From the NCBI RefSeq assembly GCF_006345805.1, contig NC_043005.1, positions 69,874,001-69,938,000 of the forward strand: a stretch of 64,000 bases of DNA, in the 5' to 3' direction. The DNA is from Octopus sinensis. Taxonomy: Eukaryota. This document shows, piece by piece, positions 13,969 through 29,330 of this stretch. Under the pieces are notes generated by a model. It saw nothing but the letters and a program-made list of their open reading frames with translations, had not been told where the DNA came from and made no database searches. The first letter of the stretch is position 1, and each line of letters opens with the position of its first letter. Both the position numbers and the translations under genes were made by a program.

Positions 13969-14030
13969 TTTGGGCTGACGAAAGAAATGTCGAATTGTAT
14001 TTGGCTGATCTAGAAACGTACGTTCTCAAA
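13969..14030 (+). ncRNA. Type I hammerhead ribozyme motif, intact core
   Basis: Stem I TTTGGG/CTCAAA, CTGACGA, stem II AGA..GTCGAAT-TGT-ATTTGGC..TCT, GAAAC-GTAC-GTT; predicted cleavage after 14024. Confidence 0.82.
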
Positions 14031-14186
14031 TAACCTTTGCACTTGTGATTTTTTTTATGTTTTTACCCCCATACCTTCGTGGGCTATTTTGAGTAAGCAC
14101 TATCTGAGAGAAATTTTCTTTAAGTATTAGAATTTGGCTAAAAAATGTTTTTTTGGCTGCTATTATATATATATATATATATATAT

Positions 14187-14760
14187 AGCTCGATCCCAAG
14201 CAAGGGTTTCTGTATCACCTGGATCAATTCCAAGCGACTTCATAGTTGTCCTTATGCCGTCCTTAAATCTTTTTTTAGGTATTCACCCGATCGAGCTGGA
14301 TGGCAAACAAAAGTATGGAGTAGAGTGAAAGCGTTTGAAGTAGCGAGGCCAACGCATGCACGACTCAAAAGAGATTTAAGGAAGAATGCTACGATCGAGA
14401 AGCTGGCTCACAATGACCTTTTTGTGTTCAGTTTATGACAAACCACGCCTTTCTTTCGCTGGGCTCAAATTTAATTTTTGAACGCACGGTAAACTAACCT
14501 CCACCAAATATTCTGGCTCTATGTCTGTGCACAAATTTGAATGCAATGTGTGCCAGCAGGTTCCAAATCTAACTGACGTCTCAAATGACATTTTAAGATT
14601 CACAAGATCGGTAATCATCTGCTGCTCTTGGTGGGCCAATCGGATATTCAATCTATGTGGGTGTCTTTTCAGAACATTATCTGGTTTAAAAAGTGACATC
14701 AGATGCCATGACGGTTCTAGAGTACAAGTACAGGAAGTGGTCAAACTCTGCATAAGGTGT
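14187..14760 (-). mobile_element. RTE-clade LINE fragments
   Basis: Minus strand reads PKKRFKDGIRTTMKSLGIDPGDTETLAWDRA, typical of an RTE ORF C-terminus; upstream WHL and CTD words resemble the endonuclease end. Confidence 0.65.
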
Positions 14761-14767
14761 AGACAAC

Positions 14768-14812
<45 letters not shown>

Positions 14813-14929
14813 GCGCGCGCGCACACACACACATATATATAAACGTGTATACGTGTTTTAATCAATAAATATCTTGACAGTTGCCATTGTATCGAAATTA
14901 AAGCGGCTTAGCACAGATTGCATGCCTGC

Positions 14930-15620
14930 TAAGCTTTAACGTCCTAGCTCACTTCCAGTGTTTACAGCAGTGCTTGAAAGGAATGTGTGTAACGTGTGAT
15001 CGTCGCACTGACTATGACAGAGAAAGTTGAAGAGAGCATCTGCATAAAATTTAGCCAAAATCTTGGCAGCTCCTGCTCAAATGACTTTGTAATGTTTTGA
15101 AAAGGCTTTCATGGTCCTCAACACAATCAAGTTGGTCTTGTGCAACTAAAACCTGAGTGTCATTTTTTCAACTGAAAGCGGTCTTGGCACTAATTGGCAG
15201 ACTCGCATCTCATACTCAAATCTTCAGAGATAACGGACTGAACTGAACTGTACATCTTCTGATAACTGAACTGCACATCATCTTACGGATGATGGTTCGA
15301 CGATTTCCATTACAGCTACACGCACATCTGCGGTATTTTTCTCAGAACCGTCAATATATAGATATCTTTCTGCCATTTTGGAGACGTCGAAAGATCTCAT
15401 ACATTTGTGTGCGGTTCATAAACCCCTCTACATTTAATTTCTGAAACACTGCATAGACCTCTGAGCAGGTATCGCCATCACAACTTTCTCTGTGATTCTT
15501 AACGTGAGGATCACACGCTACACACCTTCCTTTCATGCATTGCTGTAAACAACGGAAGTGTGCTAGAATTTTAAAACTTAGAGTGCATGCACAAGCGAGT
15601 TCACGTTCACTACTTGCCAA
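14930..15620. mobile_element. Two converging mariner 5' fragments
   Basis: Plus strand MTEKVEESICIKF at ~15013. Minus strand GDTCSEVYAVFQK..MNRTQMYEIFRRLQNGR and a VPRPLS word. Upstream leaders 14940-15010 and 15500-15575 are imperfect inverted copies. Confidence 0.7.
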
Positions 15621-15747
15621 GCAGCTTCACATTGTGTTCTTTAGCTTCGTTACAATGGCAGAAGTCCCGATACTTATTGATCAGAATTCATGTATATATC
15701 TATATCTACACACACACACACCACACACACACACACATACTCACACA

Positions 15748-15803
<56 letters not shown>

Positions 15804-17949
15804 TATATCTTTGCGTGTATGTGTGTGCGTGTGTCTTTGTATGTGAATGCAGGTATGTGTGTAGTTATGTATGATCAATAGGGATGCGTTGCCACTTCTG
15901 CGTCGCGTTTGAAGAATTTTAATGCTAGAAGGAAAATATGCTTCTATATATATGAATAGGGAATGCAAATTTGCAATGAAAATATTTCTTTTGATAAAAC
16001 CGTCCATTGCAGATGATAAGTTAAACAATATCTCACATAATCCTACTTATATCAATACTAAAAGAAGACAAATAAAAGAAACAATTGATCGAATATTTTA
16101 TCTTCATCCTTATGTAAACATAACGGAAACAACTTCATATAAGTTAGTGCACAAAGATAATACTATGAAGTAAATATATATGGATAGAAGATATAACAAG
16201 ACGTATATATTTCATGATGAATGATAAATCATGCCGAAAGCATTACAATTGCTTCAAATATGCTAGCATTCCTGTAATATATATGCCTCAATTCGGCAAA
16301 TGCTTCAGAGTGGAAACTAAGCGAAATCCATTTTGTCTGAATTTATACCCATTACTTGCATGACCTGTATATAAATGAACATTTTTGTTCATAGCATTTT
16401 GATATATTTTATAATGATGTGTCCGGCACACAATTGTGAAACCTGCTCCAATGTTTTTTTTTTATGATTTCCTTCTATGGTTCTGGACAGACTTTCACTT
16501 GGCGTAATTTCCCGATTAATCGGTACTTGTTATTTTAAACATGGAGTGTGTGGTTACAACTCGCACAAGAAAGAAAATCTCTTGATATAATGTTATGTTG
16601 CAGGATAACTTCAATGAAATGAGTCAAAAGGAAACATTTTTCTACTGAAGCGTCCTTCATGTTCAACAGAAAAAGGAAAACAATAGATTCATGAGAATCT
16701 ATGAGGAATTTTGTTTAAAGTGGTCTGTATTGGATTCTGAAATTTCAAAAATTGAATAAAATATAACTGGAAATGTCCATTCGGCAATGTAAGTGAAATT
16801 TTGTAAGAGCCACAATTACTTCATATATGAAGTTGAGTAAGAAAACCCTAAAAAGTGAGAGCATATATTTGCCAAATGTTTACAATTTATTTATTAGCAA
16901 TTCAAACCAATGGTAGTCGAAAATATTCCAGTTATGTATTTTGCCATATCAAAATAGGTTTGTTACAGGTTAGCTAAGTACCTAGAGTGGTCTAAATTAA
17001 TTCGTGTCAGTGGTAATTACATAGTGCGGAGTGAAGCACGTACATTATTTTTGCTAATCTCTTAATCTAAGGAATTACCATTTATGCCACTAAAGTTTTG
17101 CATTCGGCTATATTTTCAATTAACTGATCTCATCTCTTTTGAGGGAACTGTCAAAGTATAGCCTATGTTACAAAACTAAAGATAAGCAATATCACGATAT
17201 CAAGATCGACTCAGTGTCCTAATTGCTGCTAGGACGATTTTCTACTGACACCAATATACACACACATATATATATATACATACATACAATGATACATATA
17301 TATTATATATATATATATATATAATATATATATATATATATAATATATATATATATATTACATATATACACACACACACATATATGTATACGTATATACA
17401 CACACACACATATATTATAGATAGATTGTTATAGATCATTAGAAGAATCAATTTATTAGACGCCGTCCAATAAATGTCATCAAATGAATGGAATGATTTT
17501 TGAATGTAAGATGCATTATTTATTTAATTTAACCATACAGCTGCTTCTGTCGCAAAAGACAATATTTCAGGTATACAATGGAAGAATATGTATTTCAACA
17601 AAAGGAATACACATCATTCTTGTAAGACATTTGTAACTCATCAATGAATAATAATTATATATTTCAATATTTAAAGTTAGCACATTTAGATATATTCTTT
17701 GTGATCATTATATTGATTACGTTTTCCAGCTAATTTATTTTTTCCCTCACCAAATCAAATTCTCAACTGAACCTTATAAGCCTAACTTTATTAGTATTTA
17801 CTTCCTTTCATTCATATTATTATCTAGGTATTACTCCCTCCCAATATGTCTAATGGCAAATATATAATATTTGGATTCTTTTTTTCCCAGACATATTGAG
17901 GATAATATCTTCTATAAAAATATAGAAAACTTGATAAGTTCAACGAATG

Positions 17950-18480
17950 TATAAACACAGAATGTACGGGAAAACTTATATCCCAAAAATTAGAAGAAAA
18001 CGGTAAGGAAAATATGGATAACTGTCAAAACACCTACACAGACAAAGAGAAATATCAATCTACAACCGATAACGTTACAAATCCTATGCAAATGAAAGTT
18101 GTAATCGTAGAGACCCTGAAAGGTGTACGTAAGACATAGATTGCAGAAGAAAAAAACAACAATAAGTACACAGGTCACGGGCAGATGTTTCTATTTAGCG
18201 TCAATGGTGAACTGGGTTAAATTTAGAACAGCGACTCACGAATTGACATTTAGGGACCAAAATAAAATCAATAGTGCAGGATTATCACAAAATATATGGC
18301 AATTGCAAAGAAATAAATTTAACTACGTAATTAAATGGAAGCTTTTGCCACACGCACAAAGTTACAAAACTAATAATACATTCTGTATAAGAAAACTATG
18401 AAATATGGAAAAGAAAAGATGTAAATAACATGAGAAACGAAAAAAAAATGTATTCATGTAAACACATAAATATCTGTTTA
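17950..18480 (+). pseudogene. Penelope-like element linker plus GIY-YIG endonuclease remnant
   Basis: SCNRRDPERC at ~18098 (decayed CxCx5C). ORF 18123-18401 reads HELTFRDQNKINSAGLSQNIWQLQRNKFNYVIKWKLLPHAQSYK, like PLE endonuclease C-termini. Long (TA)n follows at ~18695. Confidence 0.7.
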
Positions 18481-18695
18481 TTAAACTTAAATCATGTATA
18501 AATTAGATTTGACGTCAGTTAAAAATTAAAATCTCAATTCTAAATCTATAGTAATACATGAATATATTAACTTAATAACTGAAATTAGACAATATAACAG
18601 AAATATATTAAATAACACGAACATTATAAAAGGCAACTTAGTCAGAAAAATGTAATAGGAATTATACTCACCTAAAATTGTTTTATAACTATGAG

Positions 18696-18863
<168 letters not shown>

Positions 18864-19007
18864 ATATGAGAGAGTATATGCATATGTCTGTGTATGGACA
18901 TTTGAATATATACTATGTATACAGATATTTATTTTTTAGGAAGTTATGTACTTTTTTTATTAATGTATGACTGCGCTTTTAAGTTTGCTGGCCAGCCTGC
19001 AATAATA

Positions 19008-20281
19008 TTGGGTTGTCCGGAAGGTTCGTGCTGATTTTTAAAGGGAAGAAAAAGGTCAATAAATACTTGCCATTACATTTGTAATCAACCAAATATGAAC
19101 CATTTTGTTGCACAATGCGTCTCCATCTTTCCTTTAACTTGAAAATACTATCTTCCCAGAATTGAGGTAGTTTCATGGCAAAGAATTCATCAAGGTAGCT
19201 TTTTATGTCATCCAATAAATTGAATTTTTTACCATTTAAAACTATCCTGCAAGGACTTGAATAAGTGGAAATCCGAAGGACAAATATCTTGTGAATATGG
19301 AGGGTGGGGTAACACATTCCATCCGAGCTGCAGCAATGTTTGCCTGGTTCCCAAAGAAACGTGCGGTCTTTCATTATCATGTTGGAAAACAATACCCTTC
19401 CTCTGTTTGACAATCTGGACGTTTCTTTTGAATTGCTGCTTTTAACTCGTCCAGTGGTGAGCAGTATTTATCAGAATTAATTTTCTGGTCACTTGGAAGA
19501 AGCTCATAGTACAGATATTCTTTCCAATCCCACCAGACACAAAGCAAGACTTCTTTAGGGTGAAGACCTGTTTTGGGGGTGGCTAAGGGTGGCTCATGTC
19601 GCTTACTCCAGGATCGCTTTCTCTGAACATTTTGGTAGATAATCTATTTCTCATCTCCTGTCAAAATTTGCTTTAAAACGGGCGCGTTTTCATTCCGCTT
19701 TTTCATTCCGCGAATCACAGATGGAAGTGCGATCCAAAAGGTTCTCCTTACTCAACTCATGTGGTACTCAAACATCGTAGCCATTTGTGTACCCAAGCTT
19801 TATCAGGTGCTCATGAACGACGGATTTTGATAGGTTGAGGATTTTTGCCAATTCTCGGGTAAGGCAAAGTAAGTAATTCTCAATGACTTGATTTGGTTAT
19901 CATCTGTAGTGGATGGTCTGCCTGATTGCTGTTTATCAATATGGCTAAGATCGCCATCTAAGAACCTTGCGAACCACTTCTTTATATTTGTTTCGGATAA
20001 ATAAACATCACCGTAAACTGCGCATATCTTTTTGGGGTTGCTTGTGTTGCATTTTTACCTTTACAGAAAAAGAAAAGCATCAAGTGTCGAAAATGAACTT
20101 TTTTATCTTCCATTTTAAAGGGTTATAAAATTATAGGAACATAAAACTTCTTCCATGAAAAGATAGCATAAACTGTGCTCTAAATGGAGGTGTAGTCAAA
20201 TTGTATTTTATGGACCCAACCATGTTCTAAAATCAGTCGAAAAGTAAGCTACAATCGGCATGTACTTTCCGGACAACACAA
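19008..20281 (-). mobile_element. Mariner DNA transposon, full-length relic
   Basis: TIRs TTGGGTTGTCCGGAAGGTTCGTGCTGATT / AATCGGCATGTACTTTCCGGACAACACAA with TA on both sides. Transposase starts MEDKKVHFRH at 20113 and ends LKERWRRIVQQNGSYLVD; frameshifted. Confidence 0.93.
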
Positions 20282-20599
20282 TATATTGTGGAATCATGAC
20301 TGATGATACTGTTCTGCAAAACGAAAAACATGCATGAGCACAAGCATCCTAATACATGTCAGCATTTTATATTTGTAGAACAAAGTTTCGTCATATTTTG
20401 TTTGCATATTCTTTTATATTGTATATAATGTTGTTGAAGAGAAAGGTGGAAGAGCGGTTTCAGCAACATTGTCTGTAATGTCTGTAATATAAATTATACA
20501 TTCCACGAAATGTCAAGCGACTTACTTCCACGAAGATTAAACGTCTAGACTGTATGCTGCAAGAAACCTCACTTAATACACACACATAAGTGTATATAT

Positions 20600-20634
<35 letters not shown>

Positions 20635-20738
20635 CATACATACATACATACATACATACACACACATATGTATATATATACATGTACATATATATAAATA
20701 TATATGTATATATATATATATACATATATATACATATA

Positions 20739-20975
20739 CATATTCTGTTGTGTCTGAGGGGATTCATTTTCTTTTTGTGCCTTATAATTTAACACATTCA
20801 CCGGTAAAATTTTCACTTCGTCCTTATTTTTATTTTCCTAAAATTGTCCTTGCTCCTTGCAACATTTTTAATGATTATTGAAACTGTTGCAAGGAATAAG
20901 TGGAAATTTTACCGGTGAGTGTGTTAAATTATAAGGCATAAAAAAAATGAATCTTCCTAGACACAACAGAATATG
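20739..20975. repeat. Foldback adjoining a TA tract
   Basis: ATATTCTGTTGTGTCT..CACCGGTAAA mirrors TTTACCGGTG..AGACACAACAGAATAT; the left arm carries a ~35-bp extra segment. Confidence 0.8.
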
Positions 20976-21209
20976 CTTCAACACACGAACTCACATAAAG
21001 AATCTTGCAAACTAAATCCAGAAACGAAATATATACATATATATATCACTGCAACTTTTCGCAAGCCTGAAGAAGAGTCTTGTCTCTTTCATGGCCTTCA
21101 GGTTAAGAAAGTCGCTTTGCAAACATTATATATGTTCATCTTGCTAATAGGTTAGTTAGGGCTTGTTCCATGTGAGGAAATTTCTTATAGGTAAATGTGT
21201 TTAATCTCG

Positions 21210-21244
<35 letters not shown>

Positions 21245-21247
<3 letters not shown>

Positions 21248-21685
21248 TGGTACACCGGCGATTATAATTATTTTATTGTATCGCATTTATCTTTGTTTAC
21301 ATATTCTCTCGATAAATTTCTGACCGTTAGACGATATACCACAATCCCCTATTTTGTCGGGTTTTCGGAGTCTGCGCAGTGTTTTGAATAGTTTAGAAAG
21401 AGCATTTCGATAGACGCACATGGATCTATTGGTATGGTCTTTCCATCATTAACAGGAATCTTACTGAAGAGCCAGCCTGAGTAAATAAATACTATTTTTA
21501 TTACTGAATTTGCGAAACTGCAGTATAAGAAAAGTTAAGTTTGTAAAAGTTTTTAATTCTCATCTCACTAAATTATCCAGCTATTGTGATTAGTACACTC
21601 TTCGCCTTGATGGTAATGATATATGTATAATATGGCGTGTACTGGTACACGCGATTATAATTAATTTTATTGTATCATTTATCTT

Positions 21686-21690
<5 letters not shown>
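21245..21690 (+). mobile_element. HHR-bearing monomer (family 1-related), 395-bp unit with ~50-bp terminal direct repeat, in (TA)n
   Basis: TACTGGTACAC..GCGATTATAATT at 21245 and 21640. Shares GTCTGCGCAG, GCCAGCCT and CTCTCGATAAATT with family 1. Confidence 0.8.
21459..21530 (+). ncRNA. Type I hammerhead ribozyme motif, intact core
   Basis: Stem I TCTTA/TAAGA, CTGAAGA at 21464-21470, stem II closed by GC/GC, GAAAC-TGCA-GTA; predicted cleavage after 21525. Confidence 0.85.
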
Positions 21691-21731
<41 letters not shown>

Positions 21732-22379
21732 TTACAATATTTACATTTTCCAGACATTAAAAACCATAGAGAGTTAAATAAAATGCAACAGTAAAGACTT
21801 TTTAAGCAGTTCTGTTTAGACAAGCATACTAATTGGAATATAATTGGATTAACATTCACGTAAATAATTGTTACTGTATTACATGTTAATATAAGAATTT
21901 CTTTCATAACCAATTTCAACTATATATCAACGTCGTCTATTTATTGTTAATTTTGCTATGTAATTATTCACGAAGATATAGTTTCTGTTGTCATAGTAAC
22001 ATTTTCGTAAATATGTACGTGCCGTTCTCGCACATATTTACAATATGTGCACAAACAAAGAGAAAAATACCTGAACATATATGCATTCACGTGCTTTCCA
22101 AATTACATGCATGATATGAATAGATATAACACATACACACTTACATATATAGCGTATTTAAACACGCCGTTAACGAACACACACATGACATGCAAACATT
22201 GAAGCCATTCATATCGTACGAATAAGGCCACTTAAATACACGCTTGCTCGCAAACACAGATACATACATACATAGATACATACATACATAGCGAGCTGGA
22301 GAAACCTTTCGCTTTTACACGTTTATTCTTGCAAAAGCAGCAAATGCATGCAAACTTCAAAAACAACCGCATATACCCT

Positions 22380-22620
22380 CTCTAAGAGTGTACCAGAACA
22401 CACCAGATATAATTAAACATAATCTCTCACTGGCATTTACTCATCCCACGCAGAGCTACATGCAACAACGCAACACGCAATGGCACACACAACACACGGA
22501 TATTTCACTACACATCCAGCTCTATTACAAACAAGCTATCCTATAATCTGAACCTCATGGCAAATCACGCAACTACTGTACATCCCTGCATCGCTGGAAG
22601 TACACATGCAAACCAAACAT
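22380..22620 (+). pseudogene. Possible PLE thumb/linker remnant
   Basis: LNIISHWHLL near 22413 resembles the IIxKHWHIL word of PLEs; otherwise decayed. Confidence 0.3.
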
Positions 22621-22709
22621 GTTTTTATACACGCATACACACAACTACCGCCCATACGTCCTTTGTTACGACGCATCTAGAGGGTTACGTGTACGATATT
22701 TCTGATTAG

Positions 22710-22791
22710 TTATCTATCTATATCTGTAACTATCTATATGTCTGTATATCTATCTACCTATCTACGTACCTATCTATCTATGCATCTATGC

Positions 22792-22873
<82 letters not shown>

Positions 22874-22923
22874 ATATATATATGAAATCTATTTGTCTGT
22901 CTGTCTATCTATCTATCTATCTA

Positions 22924-22960
<37 letters not shown>
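22710..22960. repeat. (TATC)n plus (TA)n microsatellite, one of dozens of (TA)n, (CA)n, (TATC)n and (TACA)n tracts in the window
   Basis: Directly visible; other large tracts at 18695-18860, 23330-23430, 36630-36945, 39765-39900 and 40110-40250. Confidence 0.98.
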
Positions 22961-23325
22961 ATACACACGCACGCAAAAACACATACATAAACACACTCGA
23001 GCGTGCACGCACACAGTTATACACGCACACTGACATGAAAATACGTGCGCACATACACTCGTATATATATGTTACAACATTTCCGCAACAAACATGATAC
23101 AGTTCTGCAGAAATGGTTCGTAATAAAAACTAATGTCACAACACAACACACACAATAACAATCCAGCTTAGTAGGTTTCGCTTATTCTCCCTTTGTTAGA
23201 TACACATATTTAGTTTGTGAGTTAAGGTTAGGGTTAGGGTTATTAAGTAGTTAGATATAGGTACATACAAACATACATTCATGCAGGCATATATACTTAA
23301 TACTTAATGCATACATTATATACAC

Positions 23326-23410
<85 letters not shown>

Positions 23411-23479
23411 TATATATATATATATATATAAGCAGTTTGAAAACGCCACTATATAAGATAAATTTTAATTTTCTGGGAG

Positions 23480-23527
23480 ATTTTACATGTTTCGGTTCTT
23501 CGTGAAAAAACGAACCTCATCAAAAAT
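23480..23527 (-). ncRNA. Hammerhead motif with one core mismatch, inside a TA-flanked repeat
   Basis: Minus strand ATTT-TTGATGA-GGTTC..GAACC-GAAAC-AT-GTA-AAAT. A separate hairpin with ~55-bp arms lies at 23723-23838. Confidence 0.65.
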
Positions 23528-24226
23528 ATTCTAAAAAGTTAAGCGTAATAAATAAGTTCATAATTATTTCTTACTAATGTCAACAGAGACCACGTGGTGT
23601 TTTTCTTTGGTGGGGGGGACATAATGGCTGTCTTGTGCGTTGACTAGTATCGTTGGGTGTAATAGTGAAAGTGTAATATATATATAAATGTTTGCAGTTT
23701 CCTAAACACCTGTATTGTGATGGATAAACTGTGCGGTGCAAATAGCTCAATTAAACCTACACTTACATGATATACATATTTGAAATGTATACCATGTAAG
23801 TGTAGGTTTAATTGAGCTATTTGTCCAGCACGTTTATCTTAATAACGGAAGATGGCAGCGGACAAGGAAGATCCTTATCGGAAGCGGTGCCAGAAAAATA
23901 AGGTTTGAAAACCTGTACAGGTACACAGGTGAACGTGAGCAGCCAATTAAATGTTCTTCCAAAAAATATCGTTTAACATTAAAATGTCTTTCAGAATTTA
24001 ACTTTTACTTTCATAGAAATTTGGTACATTTATGTTTGAAAAAGTTTCGTTTTCGATTGTGTGTGCTAGGCAGTGTATCATCATCCCCATCCTCATCCTC
24101 ATCATCATCATCGTTTAACATCCGCCCTCCATGGTGAGGGATATCGGTAATTATGTATATGTACTCACACACCCTACATTGATTGTCTGTTTCTCTCTCT
24201 CTCTCTCCCTCTGTATATATATATAT

Positions 24227-27000
<2,774 letters not shown>

Positions 27001-27657
27001 ACGACGGGTTTCTTTCAGGTTCCGTCTGCCGAATCCGCTCACAAATCTGTGGTCGGCTCAAGGCTATAGTAGAAGACACTTGCCGTAGACTGAACCCGGA
27101 GCCATGTGGTTCATAAGCAAGCTACTTACCACACATCCACTCCTACGATTTCTTTTTACTTTTTGAGTTAAATAACGGTTTATTGTATGCTAAATAGCTT
27201 CGCTATATTGAACAAATAACACAAGGATTCATATTATCCTTACTTATATTAGCGAAGATGTAATTGCATAGAAAGTGGTTTGATCTGAGATCGTGTGCTG
27301 TAAATAGAGCGATTGCAGTGCGGGAGATATAAGTTAGACATTCAGAAACACACAAAACTGTCAACTTCACTTAAGCAATTGTAATATGGTGTCAAAACTT
27401 CCGTCTTTCGTGTCAGCGACCTATTAACTTATAAAATTGTTTGTCACGCCTGGGTATTTTCGAAAATACTGCAATTATTATCGTTTGTGATGGCTTTGAG
27501 CTCATTTTAGTTGCGATGGAATATGTCAGGCGTTATGTTTGGGGGTAGGGTCCATAGCCTGTTTTTACTACGGGATCTCAGCAATCACACTAATTGTGCC
27601 TTTGGCATTGAATTGTTAATTTTATTGGATGGATAGTGCCCAACGTAACAAAAGCAG

Positions 27658-27693
<36 letters not shown>

Positions 27694-27793
27694 CTGTAAA
27701 TTAAGAGCACCTGTGTATGCTAGATAGTGTCAGAGGTGAGATAATATATCAAACATAAATCAAAGACATGTGTTCTGTTTTTAACTTATGTTT

Positions 27794-27850
<57 letters not shown>

Positions 27851-28327
27851 GTTGATGATATAAGGGGCAGGAATATATTGTCTGAAGATAGAGAAATATA
27901 ATAATAACTGAATTAGGAATTATCAAAATGAATGTAGAGAAACACATAACATTTTATGAACACTTAAAAATCTATACACATTCCTGAAAAAGTAGCATAA
28001 CTTGTCTCTCACTTGGGAGAGAAAATAAGTTAAATAGCAGCGCTTCAACACATGAGTAATTGTGCTCCATGAATCTGAAGAAGTGAATATTCGCAGACAT
28101 AGCAAAATATAAATATGTCTAGTGAAATTGTGCAGCCTCTAGATATATTCACAATCTGACAATAAAGAAAATATATTAGATTTGCTAAGTTAATATAAGT
28201 AAGCATTTTCATTCCTAATATACTTTATGATTTACTTAAGCTATGCAGAAAAAGAAGTAAGGTTTCTTCATAACTTCAGAACCTGATGTGATAGAGATGA
28301 ATAAAGAACACCATGAATCACTATTTG

Positions 28328-28730
28328 TCGTTCGGTTCGGTTCGGTTTGCACTCCGTCGGTTACGACGACGAGGGTTCCAGTTGATCCGATCAACGGAAC
28401 AGCCTGCTCGGGAAATTAACGTGCAAGTTGCTGAGCACTCCACAGACACATGTATCGTTAACATCGATTTCGGAGGAGATTGATAGTGGCACAGTGTGTT
28501 ACAAGGATGGCCCCTTGAAATACAGGTACAACAGAAACAGGAAGATAGAGTGAGAGAAAGTTGTGGTGAAAGATTACAGCAGGATTCGCCACCACTCTCT
28601 GCCAGACGGAGTCTCGTGGAGCTTTATGTGTTTTCGCTCAATGAAAACTTACACTGCTCGGTCTCGGAATGGAAGCCGCGATCCTACGACCACGAGTCCG
28701 CTGCCCTAAACCCTGGGCCATTGCGTCTCC
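28328..28730 (-). mobile_element. tRNA-derived SINE (family A), full length
   Basis: Minus head GGAGACGCAATGGCCCAGGGTTTAGGGCAGCGGACTCGTGG with A/B-box-like words; (AACCG)n tail. Head homologous to 37266. Confidence 0.85.
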
Positions 28731-29167
28731 ACAGTATTTGTCGCACTTATCTTTAAAATGATACCATACAGTCAAGAAGAAAATCATGCAGGCTAGTATT
28801 ATCTTTGTTAGAGAGGTTGTATATACAGCTTAATGACCAATGTATCTTGTGAACTACCCTGTCATATATTGTCAGTTGCTATCTCGGTGCCAGTCGCCCG
28901 CATCCAGTGATTACATGGTCGTTTGTCTCTCAATCATCAACGTGCATATTTATGAATATGCATCTACATGCATATTTATGTATCTTAGGATGTACCCGTA
29001 TTTATTTTAATCGTGATTGCTGTTGTATTTTCATTGCCAACCGTAATATATACGTAGTCATAGAGAACTATTTCTGCACTTTGTCTCAATACATACGTAT
29101 GTCTATACATATGTCTATATACATTCGTAAGTCTTTTCATAGTCATGCATATTATAAACATTAATAA

Positions 29168-29330
29168 GGTGGTGAGCTAGCAGAATCGTTACTGTGTCGG
29201 GCAAAATGCTTAAACGTATTTCTTCCGATTTTATTTTCTGAGTTCACATTCTATCGACGTCGCTTTTGCTTTTCATCTGCTCATAGTCGATGAGATGATT
29301 ACCAGCTAACTACTGGTACACTTTCCACCA
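29168..29330 (+). mobile_element. SINE family D (Nin-domain-like), decayed
   Basis: GGTGGTGAGCTAGCAGAATCGTTA head and TTTGCTTTTCATC..GTCGAT..TACCAG block; homologous to 43972. Confidence 0.6.

Larger units (their letters stand above)
12862..14163 (+). mobile_element. HHR-bearing repeat family 2, locus A: inverted arm plus ~1.7 tandem units of 567 bp in (TA)n
   Basis: 12862-13196 is inverted relative to the forward array. CATTTCTCTCTG at 13191 and 13758. TA tracts on both sides. Confidence 0.9.

Noticed and set aside
23222-23242. TTAGGG repeats
   Set aside because: Only two to three units; not enough for an interstitial telomere.
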